Positions 47,590 to 57,859 are shown, numbered from the stretch's first letter. The stretch: DNA of 64,000 nt from Blastocatellia bacterium (GCA_963728545.1 CAVSKO010000002.1:358874-422873), one strand, 5' to 3'. Numbers and translations: made by a program. Notes: generated from the letters alone by a model not told the origin.

Positions 47590-49294
47590 GTGCGGTGTGA
47601 AGATATGAAAAGATTCGCGATAGCCTTGATCGCTCTGGTTTGTTTCTGTCTGGCTCTCTCGCCGCGTTCACCTGTCTACTCTCAAAAAACTGTCGGCGCA
47701 AAACCGCGCTTTGTTGAGGGCGAGATATTGGTCAAGCTGAAATCAGATTCGCTGGCAGGCGGCGGCCTGGACCGTGTTGCTGAACTTATATTGCCCGGAC
47801 GGGCGGCACAGGTTGAAGCGCTTCAACCTGCCGAAGGCGGCGGACTCTTTCTTTTACAATTTGATCGCAGCCTCAGCGTTGAGGATGCAGTTCGCACCGC
47901 ACTGGAGGACCCTCGCGTCGAATATGCTGAGCCAAATTATCTGATCCGCCCCGCAGAGACTGTGCCTAACGACGAATTCTTTAATCTGATATGGGGGCTG
48001 TCGAATAAAGGCGATAACTCGGGTACTGCGGGCGCAGACATAGGGGCGGCGAGGGCGTGGGACATAACGCAAGGTAGCCAGGACGTAGTCGTGGCCGTTA
48101 CAGACACGGGGGCAGATTTGTCTCACCCTGATCTGGCGCCCAACGCGTGGGTGAACGCAGGCGAGGTGGCAGGCAACGGGGTGGATGATGACAGGAACGG
48201 CTTTGTTGATGACATCAACGGCTGGAACTTCTTTTCCAACAACAACCGTTTCTTTGAAAACGCTTCTGACGATTTTCACGGAACTCACGTGTCGGGAACT
48301 ATCGGGGCCGCCGGTAACAACGGGATAGGAGTGGCGGGCGTAGCGTGGCGCGTGAAATTGGTGTCATTAAAATTTATCGGCAGAAGGAATGGCGACCTTG
48401 AAGGCACAGAAGACGGCGCGGTCAGAGCGATCAATTACGCGACGGCTTTGAGAAAGCAAGGCGTTAATCTCAGGGCCATCAACGCAAGCTGGGGCGGCGC
48501 CGAAAAAGCACAGGCCCTGCGAGATGCAATAGCGACGGCGGGACAGGAAGGCATTCTCTTTGTCAACTCGGCTGGGAACGGCGGCGATGATGGCTCTGGC
48601 GACGACATTGATCAAAAACCGGATTACCCTGCCGCCTGGAGCAAGGAGATTTCCTCTATGATCTCGGTGGCGGCGCTCGACCGCTCGGATTCAGTGCCGC
48701 TTTATTCCAATTACGGCCACTTGAGCGTGGACGTAGCAGCGCCCGGAGGCGTGTGCTCTTGCCCTGCTGGGGGCATCTTTAGCACCGTGCCGGGCGGCAG
48801 GTATGCTTATTTGAGCGGTACTTCAATGGCAGCCCCTCACGTGACTGGAATCGCCGCGTTGCTCTGGTCTGTAGACTCGACGCTCACGCCCGCCCAGGTT
48901 AAACAGAGAATCATACGCACGGCCCAGCCGGTCAGGGGCTCTTGCTTCAAGGATAGTCAGCTCAGGCCGTGCAAGCGCCATCAACGCTTTAACCGACACC
49001 GTCCCGCAAAATGTCCCTATTTCAATCGGATTTGTGCAGACCAATAAGAAGACCCTGACCATAGACGGTCTAAGCTTCTTGAAAGGCTCAACTGTAATCG
49101 AGGTCAATGGCGTTGCGCTTACAGGAACCAAATTCGATGAATCATACAAGCTGGCTAACGGGGCTTACACGCGCATAAAGGTGAAACTCGGAAAGCCCGG
49201 CATGAAGTCTACATTTCCGGCTGGCGTCGCCGTGACAGTCGCTGTCTTGAATACCGCGACAGGCGAGAGGTCTCTCAGCCATCTCTTATATTAG
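47590..49294 (+). pseudogene. subtilisin-like serine protease (S8), apparent frameshift near 48930-48940 (C-terminal domain continues in ORF 49034..49294)
   Basis: Asp/His/Ser triad motifs (VTDTGAD, HGTHVSGT, GTSMAAPHV); frame-2 translation from 48929 (RSGALASRIVSSGRASAINAL...NKKTLTIDGLSF) aligns to C-terminus of paralog 49668..51317. Confidence 0.6.
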
Positions 49295-49667
49295 AAACTG
49301 ATTCACAGGCAAGCTCACGACACTCCTGCCGGTCGCCTGTACAAAATCTCGCCGTTCTGATTTGTTATTCCCCGAATAGAGAAGCCCGCCAGAAGATAAC
49401 CGTAGCTGCTCTTTGGCACGGTTAGAAGGCCCTAAAAAGAGTATTGAACGAGCTTTAATAAGTTGTATTATTATTGTGGATATTGTGGTAAAGGACAACC
49501 GGATTTTATAATTGCTCGGTTGGCAGAAAGGCCCAAAGAGGTCTGACCGCAATAGGTTCCTTAGGTGTTGCCCCCACTCACAGATGGATTTTATAGTTCA
49601 GGGCAATAGCGCGCCTGCTCATGCCAACAGTGTGTATTAGCGCGAGCGCCCGGCAAAGGTTTTAAGC

Positions 49668-51317
49668 ATGAGAAGAAATACTGGAATTCTTTTATCCCTT
49701 GCTATGTTACTGTCATTTTTAATACCTGATGTGTGCGTTCGCTCCCAGGCAGATTCAAAGGTCAGGCTCCTCTACGTAGACAATCAAGTGATCGTGAAAT
49801 TCAAGGCGGACGGCAACAGTAGAATCGATACCGAGCGAGTAGCAGAAACGCTATTGCCATCGCGCGCGCAGAGGGCCGAGCCGATAATGTCGGCAGAGAC
49901 AGGAGGCGCTTTCCTGCTACAGCTTGATGGCCGAATCTCTGTTGAAGAGGCTATCGCGGAAATATCTTCCAACCCTTCGGTCGAGTACGCGGAGCCGAAT
50001 TACCTGATCTATCCTCAAGCAACGACGCCCAATGACACGTACTTTTATGAGCAATGGGGGCTGTTTAACAACGGGCGTCCCGGCGCAGACATAGGGGCGA
50101 CGCGGGTGTGGGACATAACGCAGGGGAGCCAGGATGTGGTAGTAGTTGTATTAGACACAGGGGCGGATTTGTCGCACCCTGATCTGGCGCCCAACGCGTG
50201 GGTGAATGCGGGCGAGGTGGCAGGCAACGGAGTGGATGATGATAGAAACGGCTTCGTTGATGACATCAACGGCTGGAATTTCAGGGCCAACAGCAACCGG
50301 CTCGTCGTTAACGCCGACGAAGATTTTCATGGGACTCACGTATCGGGAATCATAGGCGCGTCAGGCAACAACGGAACGGGTGTCTCCGGAGTTGCGTGGC
50401 ATGTAAAGCTGATGTCGCTCAAGTTCATAGGCGACGAAAACGGCAGCACTGCCGATGCGGTCAAAGCAATAAACTACGCGATGGACCAGAAGCGTAAAGG
50501 CGTCAACGTAAGAGTGATCAATGCCAGTTGGGGAGGTTCGGGCGGAAGCACGTCACTGCAAAGCGCCATCTCTGCGGCAGGCCAGGCGGGAATCCTATTT
50601 GTTAATGCAGCAGGGAACGGCGGCGACGATTCGGTGGGCGATAACATAGACGAGCAGGCTGATTACCCGGCATCCTGGAGTTCGAGCATGAATTCGCTGA
50701 TCGCTGTCGCCGCGCTCGATAGCGAAGACAGGCTGGCGTCATTTTCAAATTACGGTCTTAGGAATGTGCAAGTCGGCGCACCGGGCGTGAGGGTCTTGAG
50801 CACGTTGGTCGGCGGTGGTTATGGCTTCGCATCTGGCACATCAATGGCTGCGCCACACGTATCCGGCATAGCGGCGCTGATCTGGTCGCGCGAGCCTTCG
50901 CTGACTCCTGCTCAGGTCAAGCAGCGGATAATCTCGACCGGCGACCCTGTCTACTCGCTAGCATCGAAGGCTACGAATCCGGCGCGCGCGAATGCCTACA
51001 ATGCCATTTCAAACTTTACTCCGCCGGCACCAGGTCTGGGCGTCGGGGGAGTGAAAGCTAATAAAAAGCTCCTGACGGTTGACGGGCTTGGATTTGTGCG
51101 CAACTCGACGGTAGTCGAGGTCAACGGCGTTGCTCTTTCGGGGACGAAATACGACAGCGCATATGAGCTTTCAAACGGCACGCTCACACGGATGAATCTA
51201 AAGCTGGGCAAGGCAAAGATCAACGAGGTAGTGCCTCGCGGTGTTCCTGTTACGATAACCGTTATGGACCGTAATACCGGCGCGAGATCGCCCGGCTACT
51301 TGTACGTAAGAAATTAA
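49668..51317 (+). CDS. subtilisin-like serine protease (S8) with N-terminal propeptide and C-terminal beta domain, intact paralog
   Basis: VLDTGAD / HGTHVSGI / GTSMAAPHVSGIAAL; 549 aa; signal peptide. Confidence 0.85.
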   Translation: MRRNTGILLSLAMLLSFLIPDVCVRSQADSKVRLLYVDNQVIVKFKADGNSRIDTERVAETLLPSRAQRAEPIMSAETGGAFLLQLDGRISVEEAIAEISSNPSVEYAEPNYLIYPQATTPNDTYFYEQWGLFNNGRPGADIGATRVWDITQGSQDVVVVVLDTGADLSHPDLAPNAWVNAGEVAGNGVDDDRNGFVDDINGWNFRANSNRLVVNADEDFHGTHVSGIIGASGNNGTGVSGVAWHVKLMSLKFIGDENGSTADAVKAINYAMDQKRKGVNVRVINASWGGSGGSTSLQSAISAAGQAGILFVNAAGNGGDDSVGDNIDEQADYPASWSSSMNSLIAVAALDSEDRLASFSNYGLRNVQVGAPGVRVLSTLVGGGYGFASGTSMAAPHVSGIAALIWSREPSLTPAQVKQRIISTGDPVYSLASKATNPARANAYNAISNFTPPAPGLGVGGVKANKKLLTVDGLGFVRNSTVVEVNGVALSGTKYDSAYELSNGTLTRMNLKLGKAKINEVVPRGVPVTITVMDRNTGARSPGYLYVRN

Positions 51318-51335
51318 GTTTCTTATGCAAGCTCT

Positions 51336-51381
51336 TAAGCGGCGCAATTCAATAGCTCAGGCTATGGGATTGCGCCGCTTC
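51336..51381 (+). terminator. stem-loop after subtilase 2 (aagcggcgcaat / attgcgccgctt)
   Basis: 12-bp perfect stem. Confidence 0.5.
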
Positions 51382-51454
51382 GAGCTTTCTTCTAAATAAC
51401 ATAGACAGGGGTTTCGCCTTATTGTAAGATTGCCGTCATCCTGATCGCCCTTTT

Positions 51455-51796
51455 ATGGCTGAGGAATCATTAATGAATCAAGGCAGGACCGCAGGACAAG
51501 CAGACGCGCTGATCGACCTCTTAAAATCCTCGCTCACGGCTGAAGGCGCGCAGGCTTTCGGCCACCTCGTTCTTTACACCTCGTTCGGAGTTGTGCGCGG
51601 GCGCATCGGGCTTACTTTCGCTCAGTTATTAATCGGAGCCGAAAACGGTGTAAATACGGACTCCTCCATGCTGGAAGTCATTGAGCTAAACGACGCAACG
51701 GTCGAACACTACTCAAATCACCTTCCTACGGCCAGCTTCAACAGGATGTACGTGCGGCTCGCCAACGTGCACGGCTTCGCAATGGTAGATTCGTAA
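51455..51796 (+). CDS. hypothetical protein
   Basis: 113-aa ORF, no recognised motif. Confidence 0.3.
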   Translation: MAEESLMNQGRTAGQADALIDLLKSSLTAEGAQAFGHLVLYTSFGVVRGRIGLTFAQLLIGAENGVNTDSSMLEVIELNDATVEHYSNHLPTASFNRMYVRLANVHGFAMVDS

Positions 51797-51895
51797 ACCC
51801 TCCGCAACGTGCGCTCCTCTCTGAGGCAAATCTCTTAAGTTGTGCTACACTGGGCTGACGCTTGTATATCCGCTCGCCACCAGAAGGAGATGCCT

Positions 51896-52303
51896 ATGCT
51901 AAAGAAAATCACCACATTGACGGTAGCCCTTTTGCTAGCTTTTACGTTGATCGGTCAAAGACAGGTTGTCGCAAGCTCAAAGGCCGAGAGGGATGTTAAG
52001 TACATCGAAAAGGTAAAGGCGGGAATACTCAAGCTAGGCGTAGGACAGCAATCGCGCGTCACCATAAAGATGCGGGATAAGACAAAGCTGGTCGGTTATA
52101 TCAGCGAAATTCAAAACGAACATTTCGTCGTGTCCGATATAAACTCTTCTTCGACGATGACTATTGCTTACACAGACGTTTCCCAGGTGAAGGGCAATAA
52201 TCTCTCGACCGGCGCAAAAGTCGCGATAGGCGTGGGGATCGCCGTTGCGGTCATCATTATTCTCTATTCGGTTCGCGGGGCTTTTTGCGACGGCCAGTGC
52301 TGA
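51896..52303 (+). CDS. small secreted/membrane-anchored hypothetical protein (signal peptide + C-terminal TM)
   Basis: RBS aaggag 6 nt upstream of ATG; MLKKITTLTVALLLAFTLIG signal; C-terminal VAIGVGIAVAVIIILY. Confidence 0.4.
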   Translation: MLKKITTLTVALLLAFTLIGQRQVVASSKAERDVKYIEKVKAGILKLGVGQQSRVTIKMRDKTKLVGYISEIQNEHFVVSDINSSSTMTIAYTDVSQVKGNNLSTGAKVAIGVGIAVAVIIILYSVRGAFCDGQC

Positions 52304-52322
52304 AGTTCCGCGCTGAAAAAGC

Positions 52323-53162
52323 ATGACCGATTATCTCAGCTATCGAAACGACCTCGACGACCCGGCGCTCGCCTCAGTCTTTGATGAGCTGTCTTTCTGG
52401 TCATCCAGGTTCGGCGCGTTGCTGCTCAATAACATGGAGCTTCGCCGCAACCTGAAGATTTTGGACCTCGGCTGCGGCAATGGGTTTCCCTCTTTCGAGA
52501 TGGCAAATCTTTTAGGCGCTTCCTGTCACATAACCGGCATGGATATATGGCGCGAAGGTCTAAACAGAGCCAGGTACAAACAGCGATTCTATCAACTCCC
52601 CAACCTGACTATCCTTGAAGCGGACGGCGCAAGAATGCCGTTTCGGAATTCCACGTTTGATGTGATCGTCTCTAACCTCGGTGTGAATAACTTTGCCGAC
52701 CCCGCGCCTGTTCTGGCCGAGTGCCTTCGGGTCGCGCGCGCGGTCGGAACGCTCTACCTGACGACCAATGTCAAAGGCCATTTCGCGCAGTTTTATACAG
52801 TATTTCGCGATGTTCTGGGCGAACTGAATAAGACCATTTACCTTGATCGCCTGGATGCTAACGAGATGCACAGAGGCACGAAAGAGTCTTTAACCGGACT
52901 TCTACACGACGCGGGTTTCAATGTGAACAGGGTGATTGAAGATAGCTTTGACATGCGCTTCCTGGATGGCAGCGCATTGTTGAATCACTCTTTGACAAAG
53001 ATAGGGTTCCTTGACGGTTGGCGTGCCGTCGTCAGCCCGGATGATGAGAGAGTCGTTTTCCAGAGAATTGAAGAACGGCTGAACGAAGCGGCAGAGCGAA
53101 GTGGAGAGTTGCGGATGACTGTCCCGATGCTTTTTATCGAAGCGAAAAAGCCGGATTTATAA
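52323..53162 (+). CDS. class I SAM-dependent methyltransferase
   Basis: Motif I ILDLGCGNGFPS; motif II/III DVIVSNLGVNNF. Confidence 0.75.
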   Translation: MTDYLSYRNDLDDPALASVFDELSFWSSRFGALLLNNMELRRNLKILDLGCGNGFPSFEMANLLGASCHITGMDIWREGLNRARYKQRFYQLPNLTILEADGARMPFRNSTFDVIVSNLGVNNFADPAPVLAECLRVARAVGTLYLTTNVKGHFAQFYTVFRDVLGELNKTIYLDRLDANEMHRGTKESLTGLLHDAGFNVNRVIEDSFDMRFLDGSALLNHSLTKIGFLDGWRAVVSPDDERVVFQRIEERLNEAAERSGELRMTVPMLFIEAKKPDL

Positions 53163-53181
53163 AGTAAGCGCGGGGTATTCC

Positions 53182-53286
53182 GATACATCTCACCGCCGCA
53201 GAGACACAGAGGGGGCGCAGAGAAAACCATATTCTGCTCTGCGCCCGCTCTGTGTTCTCTGTGTCTCTGCGGTGAATCTTCTTGTT
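53182..53286. repeat. palindromic intergenic repeat, copy D
   Basis: catctcaccgccgcagagacacagagggggcgcagag aaaaccatat tctgctctgcgcccgctctgtgttctctgtgtctctgcggtgaatctt; between convergent genes. Confidence 0.8.
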
Positions 53287-53295
53287 TTAATATCG

Positions 53296-56034
53296 TTATT
53301 TCACTTTCATAACGACCAGCGTCAAATCATCGTGCTGCGGCATGTCACGGCAGAACTCGCGCACGGTTTCAACTATCTTCATCGTCAATTCGTTGGCCGA
53401 CAATTGCGCCCCCCCGGCGATGATGCGGCGCAAACGCGATTCTCCGAACTCTTCGCCCTCCGGGTTGAGCGCTTCCGTCACGCCGTCCGTGTAGGCGACC
53501 AGCAGGTCATTCTCGAACATCTCTATGGTCTCCTGCTCGTAGTCCGACGTGTCGAACGCCCCGATGATAGTCCCGCCGGTACTCAACAGAGAGATGCTCG
53601 GTTGTTCCGTCTCCATTTTGAACTCTGTCTTTAAGGCAGCTCGATCACCCGCAGCTACGGCTTGAGTGGCTTCCCGCGCTTGCGTGGCGGCCGCTGCTCT
53701 CATAAGTATCGGCGGGTTGTGCCCGGCATTGACGTAAGTCAGACGGCCCGCCTCTTCATCATATTGAGCGTAGAAGAAGGTCGCATACGCGCTCGCATCC
53801 GTAGAAACGTGAAGCAGCCGGTTCATAGAGCCGACAAGCCCCGTAAGGTTTCCGTTGACGGAAGGGGCCTGGCTGCGAAGCGAGGCCTGCACGGTCGACA
53901 TCAAGAGGGCAGCCGAAATGCCTTTGCCTGCAACGTCGGCGACTGCAATGCCTACCCTGCCGGGGCCGAGCAGTATGAAATCGTAGTAATCGCCTCCGAC
54001 GCCGCGCGCCGGGTGACAGACGCCCGCTAATTCTACGCGGCCAACATCAGGAGGACTTTGAGGAAAGAGCCGCTGCTGGACTGAAGTGGCTATCTCAAGC
54101 TCGTGGCGAAGCCGCTCCTCTTCGCTGATCATCTGTACAAGCTGCGCGTTCTGAATCGCGTAAGCCATCTGCCACGCCAGCGCCATAAGCAAGTTCTTGT
54201 CTTCGCGCGAGTAGGGAAGATCGCCCAGCCTGGGGCCGAGCGAGATGATTCCCAGCAATTGGTCCTTCGTAGCGACAGGCAATAGCAGGGCCGAACGAAC
54301 TCGGCGTAGGGTCTTTAGCTCCCTTGCCCGCGCGTCGCTCGCAACCGTGCTCGCAACCGCTTTGCCTGGGCCGGAAGAGTGACTCATCATCTGCTTACCG
54401 TAATCGAAATCAACGACCAGCGGTTGAGACGAGTAGCTCATTCGGTCTACCACAAAACCCGCGTCCGGCAGCGTTAGGCTTCGATCCAGGTCCGACGTAA
54501 ATGAATTATCACTCATAGCGCGCGATGTGATGGCGCAGTTGTAATCACCGGTCTGGTCGTCTTGCAGGAAGATCGCTACTGTTTCGATGTGAAGCGCGGC
54601 TTGAATCTTTGCTACGGCGCGCTCCAACAGTTTCTCAACCGTGGGGACGGCGCGAATCTCCTGACCCAGCTCTGACAGGATTAGCTGCGCATCATAAGCC
54701 TCGCGGAAAAATTTGCGATCGATGATCGGCAAAACGCGGTGGTTGACGATTGTGAGCAGCCCTATGGCGACCGCCGTAGCAAGCATAGTGACCGCGATGT
54801 CTGCGCGCGTGCCGAGGCTGTCGATGAAAGCCATGCGAGCGCCGGTAAGCAGGAAGCTCAAGAGCGCGAATACGACTATGGCCTGTATGATGATGAATCC
54901 CCGCGATACGAGCAGGTAGCGAACGCCTCGCCGCAAGATCCACCTTATAGGGATGACCTGGTGGCGAACGATGGCGTAAGCGAACGAGAGCGGAAAAAGC
55001 GGGAATGCGAGAAAGGCTATTACCGCCAGCCATTGCTCAAGCATCGGATTTGTATCTTTTAGATTGAATACAAAGGCCAGTCCGAGCGAGCTGAACATCG
55101 GCAAAAAACCGGCTATGCTGCCGGCCACGACGACGCGCATCTTGCGGCGCGAAGCGCGGCTCGCCTGCCGGTAGTTAATCATCAGCGAAAATAGCCCGCC
55201 GGCCACATAAAGAACCGAAAGGGCTATACCCACGGTTCCCAAGGCCGCTAATGAGAATTTAAAATAATTATAACTCTCTGCACGCCCAAAGGCCGCAAGC
55301 AGGTTCAGTATCGCAAAGTAAGGAAAAATGAAGATAAGGTGCGGAACATAAAGATAGTATGAGAGCCGTGGAAAACGTCTGAGCAGCGGCGACGGCTCAG
55401 GAAAAATCTGGAAGAAATGAAAGAAGACCGGCCAGAGGAATAACGAGACGATCTGCACGATCAGCATCACAACCATCAACCAGGGCGGCACACCCGCGAA
55501 TGACGGGGTCGTTGCCATCAGCGCGCCGATAAACATTCCGAACATCAGCGCGAGCAGAAGCGCCTGTTTGTCGTAGGGCTTGAGCAGGAAGACCACAAAA
55601 CCTGTGATTATGAATATCGCGGGAATTATCAAATATCCCGCGACCATCAAAGTCCAATCCGAAGTCAGCACCGGCCCGGTCTTGAGGGAGAACGACCTGG
55701 TCTGCCCGTCGCGGCGTATCTCGATTTGATAAAGCTCGCCGGGCAGCGTGTTTTGAAAGACGCTGAGAACGTCATAAGGATTTTTGATCGCCTGGCGATT
55801 TAACGAAATTATCTCATCTTCGACTTGAATCGGCAGGCCCGAAGCGACCTGCGCGATATACAGACGGGCGCCTTGTTGTTGTGCCACCCAGCCCGGATCG
55901 CTCCGAACGCTCAGTATCGCGAGGCTGCGATACATATTCACCCCGATGCAGATGAAAAGCAGGGCGAAAAAAAGACCGCCCAGGATCAGCCTCAATCGCT
56001 TATTTGTCTGCTCGCGCGGCACGTCGTATATCAT
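53296..56034 (-). CDS. sensor protein phosphatase: N-terminal TM + periplasmic PDZ-like domain, 7-TM receptor region, GAF domain, C-terminal PP2C/SpoIIE-type serine phosphatase
   Basis: PP2C motifs GGDYYDF, VADVAGKG, TDGVTEA; GAF between TM block and phosphatase; 912 aa. Confidence 0.75.
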   Translation of the reverse strand: MIYDVPREQTNKRLRLILGGLFFALLFICIGVNMYRSLAILSVRSDPGWVAQQQGARLYIAQVASGLPIQVEDEIISLNRQAIKNPYDVLSVFQNTLPGELYQIEIRRDGQTRSFSLKTGPVLTSDWTLMVAGYLIIPAIFIITGFVVFLLKPYDKQALLLALMFGMFIGALMATTPSFAGVPPWLMVVMLIVQIVSLFLWPVFFHFFQIFPEPSPLLRRFPRLSYYLYVPHLIFIFPYFAILNLLAAFGRAESYNYFKFSLAALGTVGIALSVLYVAGGLFSLMINYRQASRASRRKMRVVVAGSIAGFLPMFSSLGLAFVFNLKDTNPMLEQWLAVIAFLAFPLFPLSFAYAIVRHQVIPIRWILRRGVRYLLVSRGFIIIQAIVVFALLSFLLTGARMAFIDSLGTRADIAVTMLATAVAIGLLTIVNHRVLPIIDRKFFREAYDAQLILSELGQEIRAVPTVEKLLERAVAKIQAALHIETVAIFLQDDQTGDYNCAITSRAMSDNSFTSDLDRSLTLPDAGFVVDRMSYSSQPLVVDFDYGKQMMSHSSGPGKAVASTVASDARARELKTLRRVRSALLLPVATKDQLLGIISLGPRLGDLPYSREDKNLLMALAWQMAYAIQNAQLVQMISEEERLRHELEIATSVQQRLFPQSPPDVGRVELAGVCHPARGVGGDYYDFILLGPGRVGIAVADVAGKGISAALLMSTVQASLRSQAPSVNGNLTGLVGSMNRLLHVSTDASAYATFFYAQYDEEAGRLTYVNAGHNPPILMRAAAATQAREATQAVAAGDRAALKTEFKMETEQPSISLLSTGGTIIGAFDTSDYEQETIEMFENDLLVAYTDGVTEALNPEGEEFGESRLRRIIAGGAQLSANELTMKIVETVREFCRDMPQHDDLTLVVMKVK

Positions 56035-56182
56035 AGTAAAAAAACGACTCGATAACCTAGCCCTATTTTTAACCGAACCATTGCTTAATAGTCTATTACG
56101 CAGATTGGAAAAGTGTAGTTGCGAATCGGGCTTCTAATAATGTAAAAAACTGAAGTTCGATATTTATCAAGCGGAGGCGAGT

Positions 56183-57382
56183 GTGATCGATAAAATTCAA
56201 CAGGCTTTAAACGACGCAGACCTTGACGGGTGGCTATTTTATAACTTTCGCGGCAGCGACCCTATCGCGGAAAACATTCTGGGACTGGCGAGCGAGGGCC
56301 ACATGGCGACGCGACGATGGTTCTACCTCATCCCGCGCAGAGGCGAGCCCACAAAGATTGTCCACTCCATCGAGCGCGATGTTATTGACGCCCTGCCCGG
56401 CGAAAAGCTCATTTATCTGCCCTGGCAACAGCTCCACGAACACCTCAGAAGCTCGCTTGCGGCTTTGACCGACGCGCGCGCGCCTCGCGTCGCGATGCAG
56501 TATTCGCCCGATGCTGCCATCCCGTATCTTTCAAGGGTTGATGGCGGAACTATCGAGCTGCTTCGCTCATTCGGGATAGAGATCATATCTTCCGCCGATC
56601 TGGTGCAGAAGTTTGAATCGGCCTGGGGCGACGAACAGCTTGCTATGCACGACGAAGCGGCGCGCGGGCTTTACAAGATCGTTCACGAAGCTTTCGCTGA
56701 GATTGGCCGCCGTATCGGAGAGGGAATTCCGACGACCGAGTACGACATGCAGCAGTTCATAGTGGGTCGCTTCGCGGACCACGGGATGATTACACGCGAC
56801 CCTCCGATTTGCGCCGTCAATGCCAATAGCGCGATGCCTCACTACGAACCTACGCGCGACAAGCACTCGCCGATAAACAAAGATGATTTCGTGCTGATAG
56901 ATCTGTGGGCAAAGCTGGACCGCCCGAATTCGGTCTATGCCGATATTACCTGGACATCTTTTGTGGGCGAGAGCATTCCCGAAGAGGTCAATAAAGTGTT
57001 TACCGTCGTGCGAGACGCTCGCGACGCCGCAACCGACTTTGTAAAAGACGCATTCGCAGAGGGCCGGACTATTTACGGCTGGGAGGTTGACGACGTGTGT
57101 CGCGCAGTGATCGAGTCAGCCGGATACGGCAAGTACTTCATACACAGAACCGGCCATAACATTCACACCGAAGTTCACGGCAACGGAGCGAATATCAACA
57201 ACCTCGAAACAAAAGATCAAAGGGTATTGATCCCCCGGACCTGTTTTTCTATCGAGCCGGGAATCTACCTGGAAGGGCGCTTCGGCGTGCGCAGCGAGAT
57301 CGACGTGTACGTGGACGAAGGCGAAGCAAGAGTAACCGGCGGCGAGCCTCAACGCGAAGTTGTAGCGATAATGGCTCGGTAG
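56183..57382 (+). CDS. M24-family metallopeptidase (Xaa-Pro aminopeptidase/prolidase-like)
   Basis: Creatinase N-domain; pita-bread metal ligands (DxxxD...HxxGH...E...E: HRTGHNIHTEVH, FSIEPGIY); GTG start. Confidence 0.75.
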   Translation: MIDKIQQALNDADLDGWLFYNFRGSDPIAENILGLASEGHMATRRWFYLIPRRGEPTKIVHSIERDVIDALPGEKLIYLPWQQLHEHLRSSLAALTDARAPRVAMQYSPDAAIPYLSRVDGGTIELLRSFGIEIISSADLVQKFESAWGDEQLAMHDEAARGLYKIVHEAFAEIGRRIGEGIPTTEYDMQQFIVGRFADHGMITRDPPICAVNANSAMPHYEPTRDKHSPINKDDFVLIDLWAKLDRPNSVYADITWTSFVGESIPEEVNKVFTVVRDARDAATDFVKDAFAEGRTIYGWEVDDVCRAVIESAGYGKYFIHRTGHNIHTEVHGNGANINNLETKDQRVLIPRTCFSIEPGIYLEGRFGVRSEIDVYVDEGEARVTGGEPQREVVAIMAR

Positions 57383-57413
57383 GCGAAAGCGCAATCCAAT
57401 CCATGAATTCGTT

Positions 57414-57438
57414 GAGAGGCGGGATTAGCCCGCCTCTT
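57414..57438. terminator. bidirectional stem-loop (agaggcggg / cccgcctct) between convergent genes, overlapping YbjQ-family stop
   Basis: 9-bp perfect GC stem, 5-nt loop. Confidence 0.5.
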
Positions 57439-57859
57439 GGCTTTCTTCAACCGGCTCGACTATGACGGCGGTCCCGTAGGCCAGCACTTCGGTTATTCCG
57501 CTCAACAACTCCGTAGCGTCATATCGCATGCCTATGATGGCATTTGCGCCTATCTCGCTTGCGTGCTGGATCATGATCTCGAACGCTTCGGCGCGCGCCA
57601 TCTCGCACAGCCTTGTAAACGCGGTTATGTTGCCGCCTTTCAGCGAATGAATGACGCCGCCCATGTATCCGAAAAAAGAGCGCGAGCGCACGGTGATGCC
57701 GCGAACGACACCGAGCGTGCGAACGATTCGGTAATGGTCGAGCGTGAAGGCCGTCGTCACCATATGATGTGGCAGAGTGTATCGGTTTGAAACCTCATAA
57801 GGAGCGGTTGCCGTGATCCGTTGCTTGACCTGCTCCAGGTCGTCGAGTTTGTCCCTCAT
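57425..57859 (-). CDS. YbjQ/UPF0145 (DUF74) family protein
   Basis: Conserved GANAIIGMRYD and EVLAYGTAV segments. Confidence 0.7.
   Translation of the reverse strand: MRDKLDDLEQVKQRITATAPYEVSNRYTLPHHMVTTAFTLDHYRIVRTLGVVRGITVRSRSFFGYMGGVIHSLKGGNITAFTRLCEMARAEAFEIMIQHASEIGANAIIGMRYDATELLSGITEVLAYGTAVIVEPVEESQEAG

Noticed and set aside
49295-49667. 370-bp AT-richer non-coding gap between the two subtilase genes, checked for tRNA/ncRNA
   Set aside because: No cloverleaf-compatible arms, no conserved riboswitch motif recognised. Treated as promoter/leader of subtilase 2.
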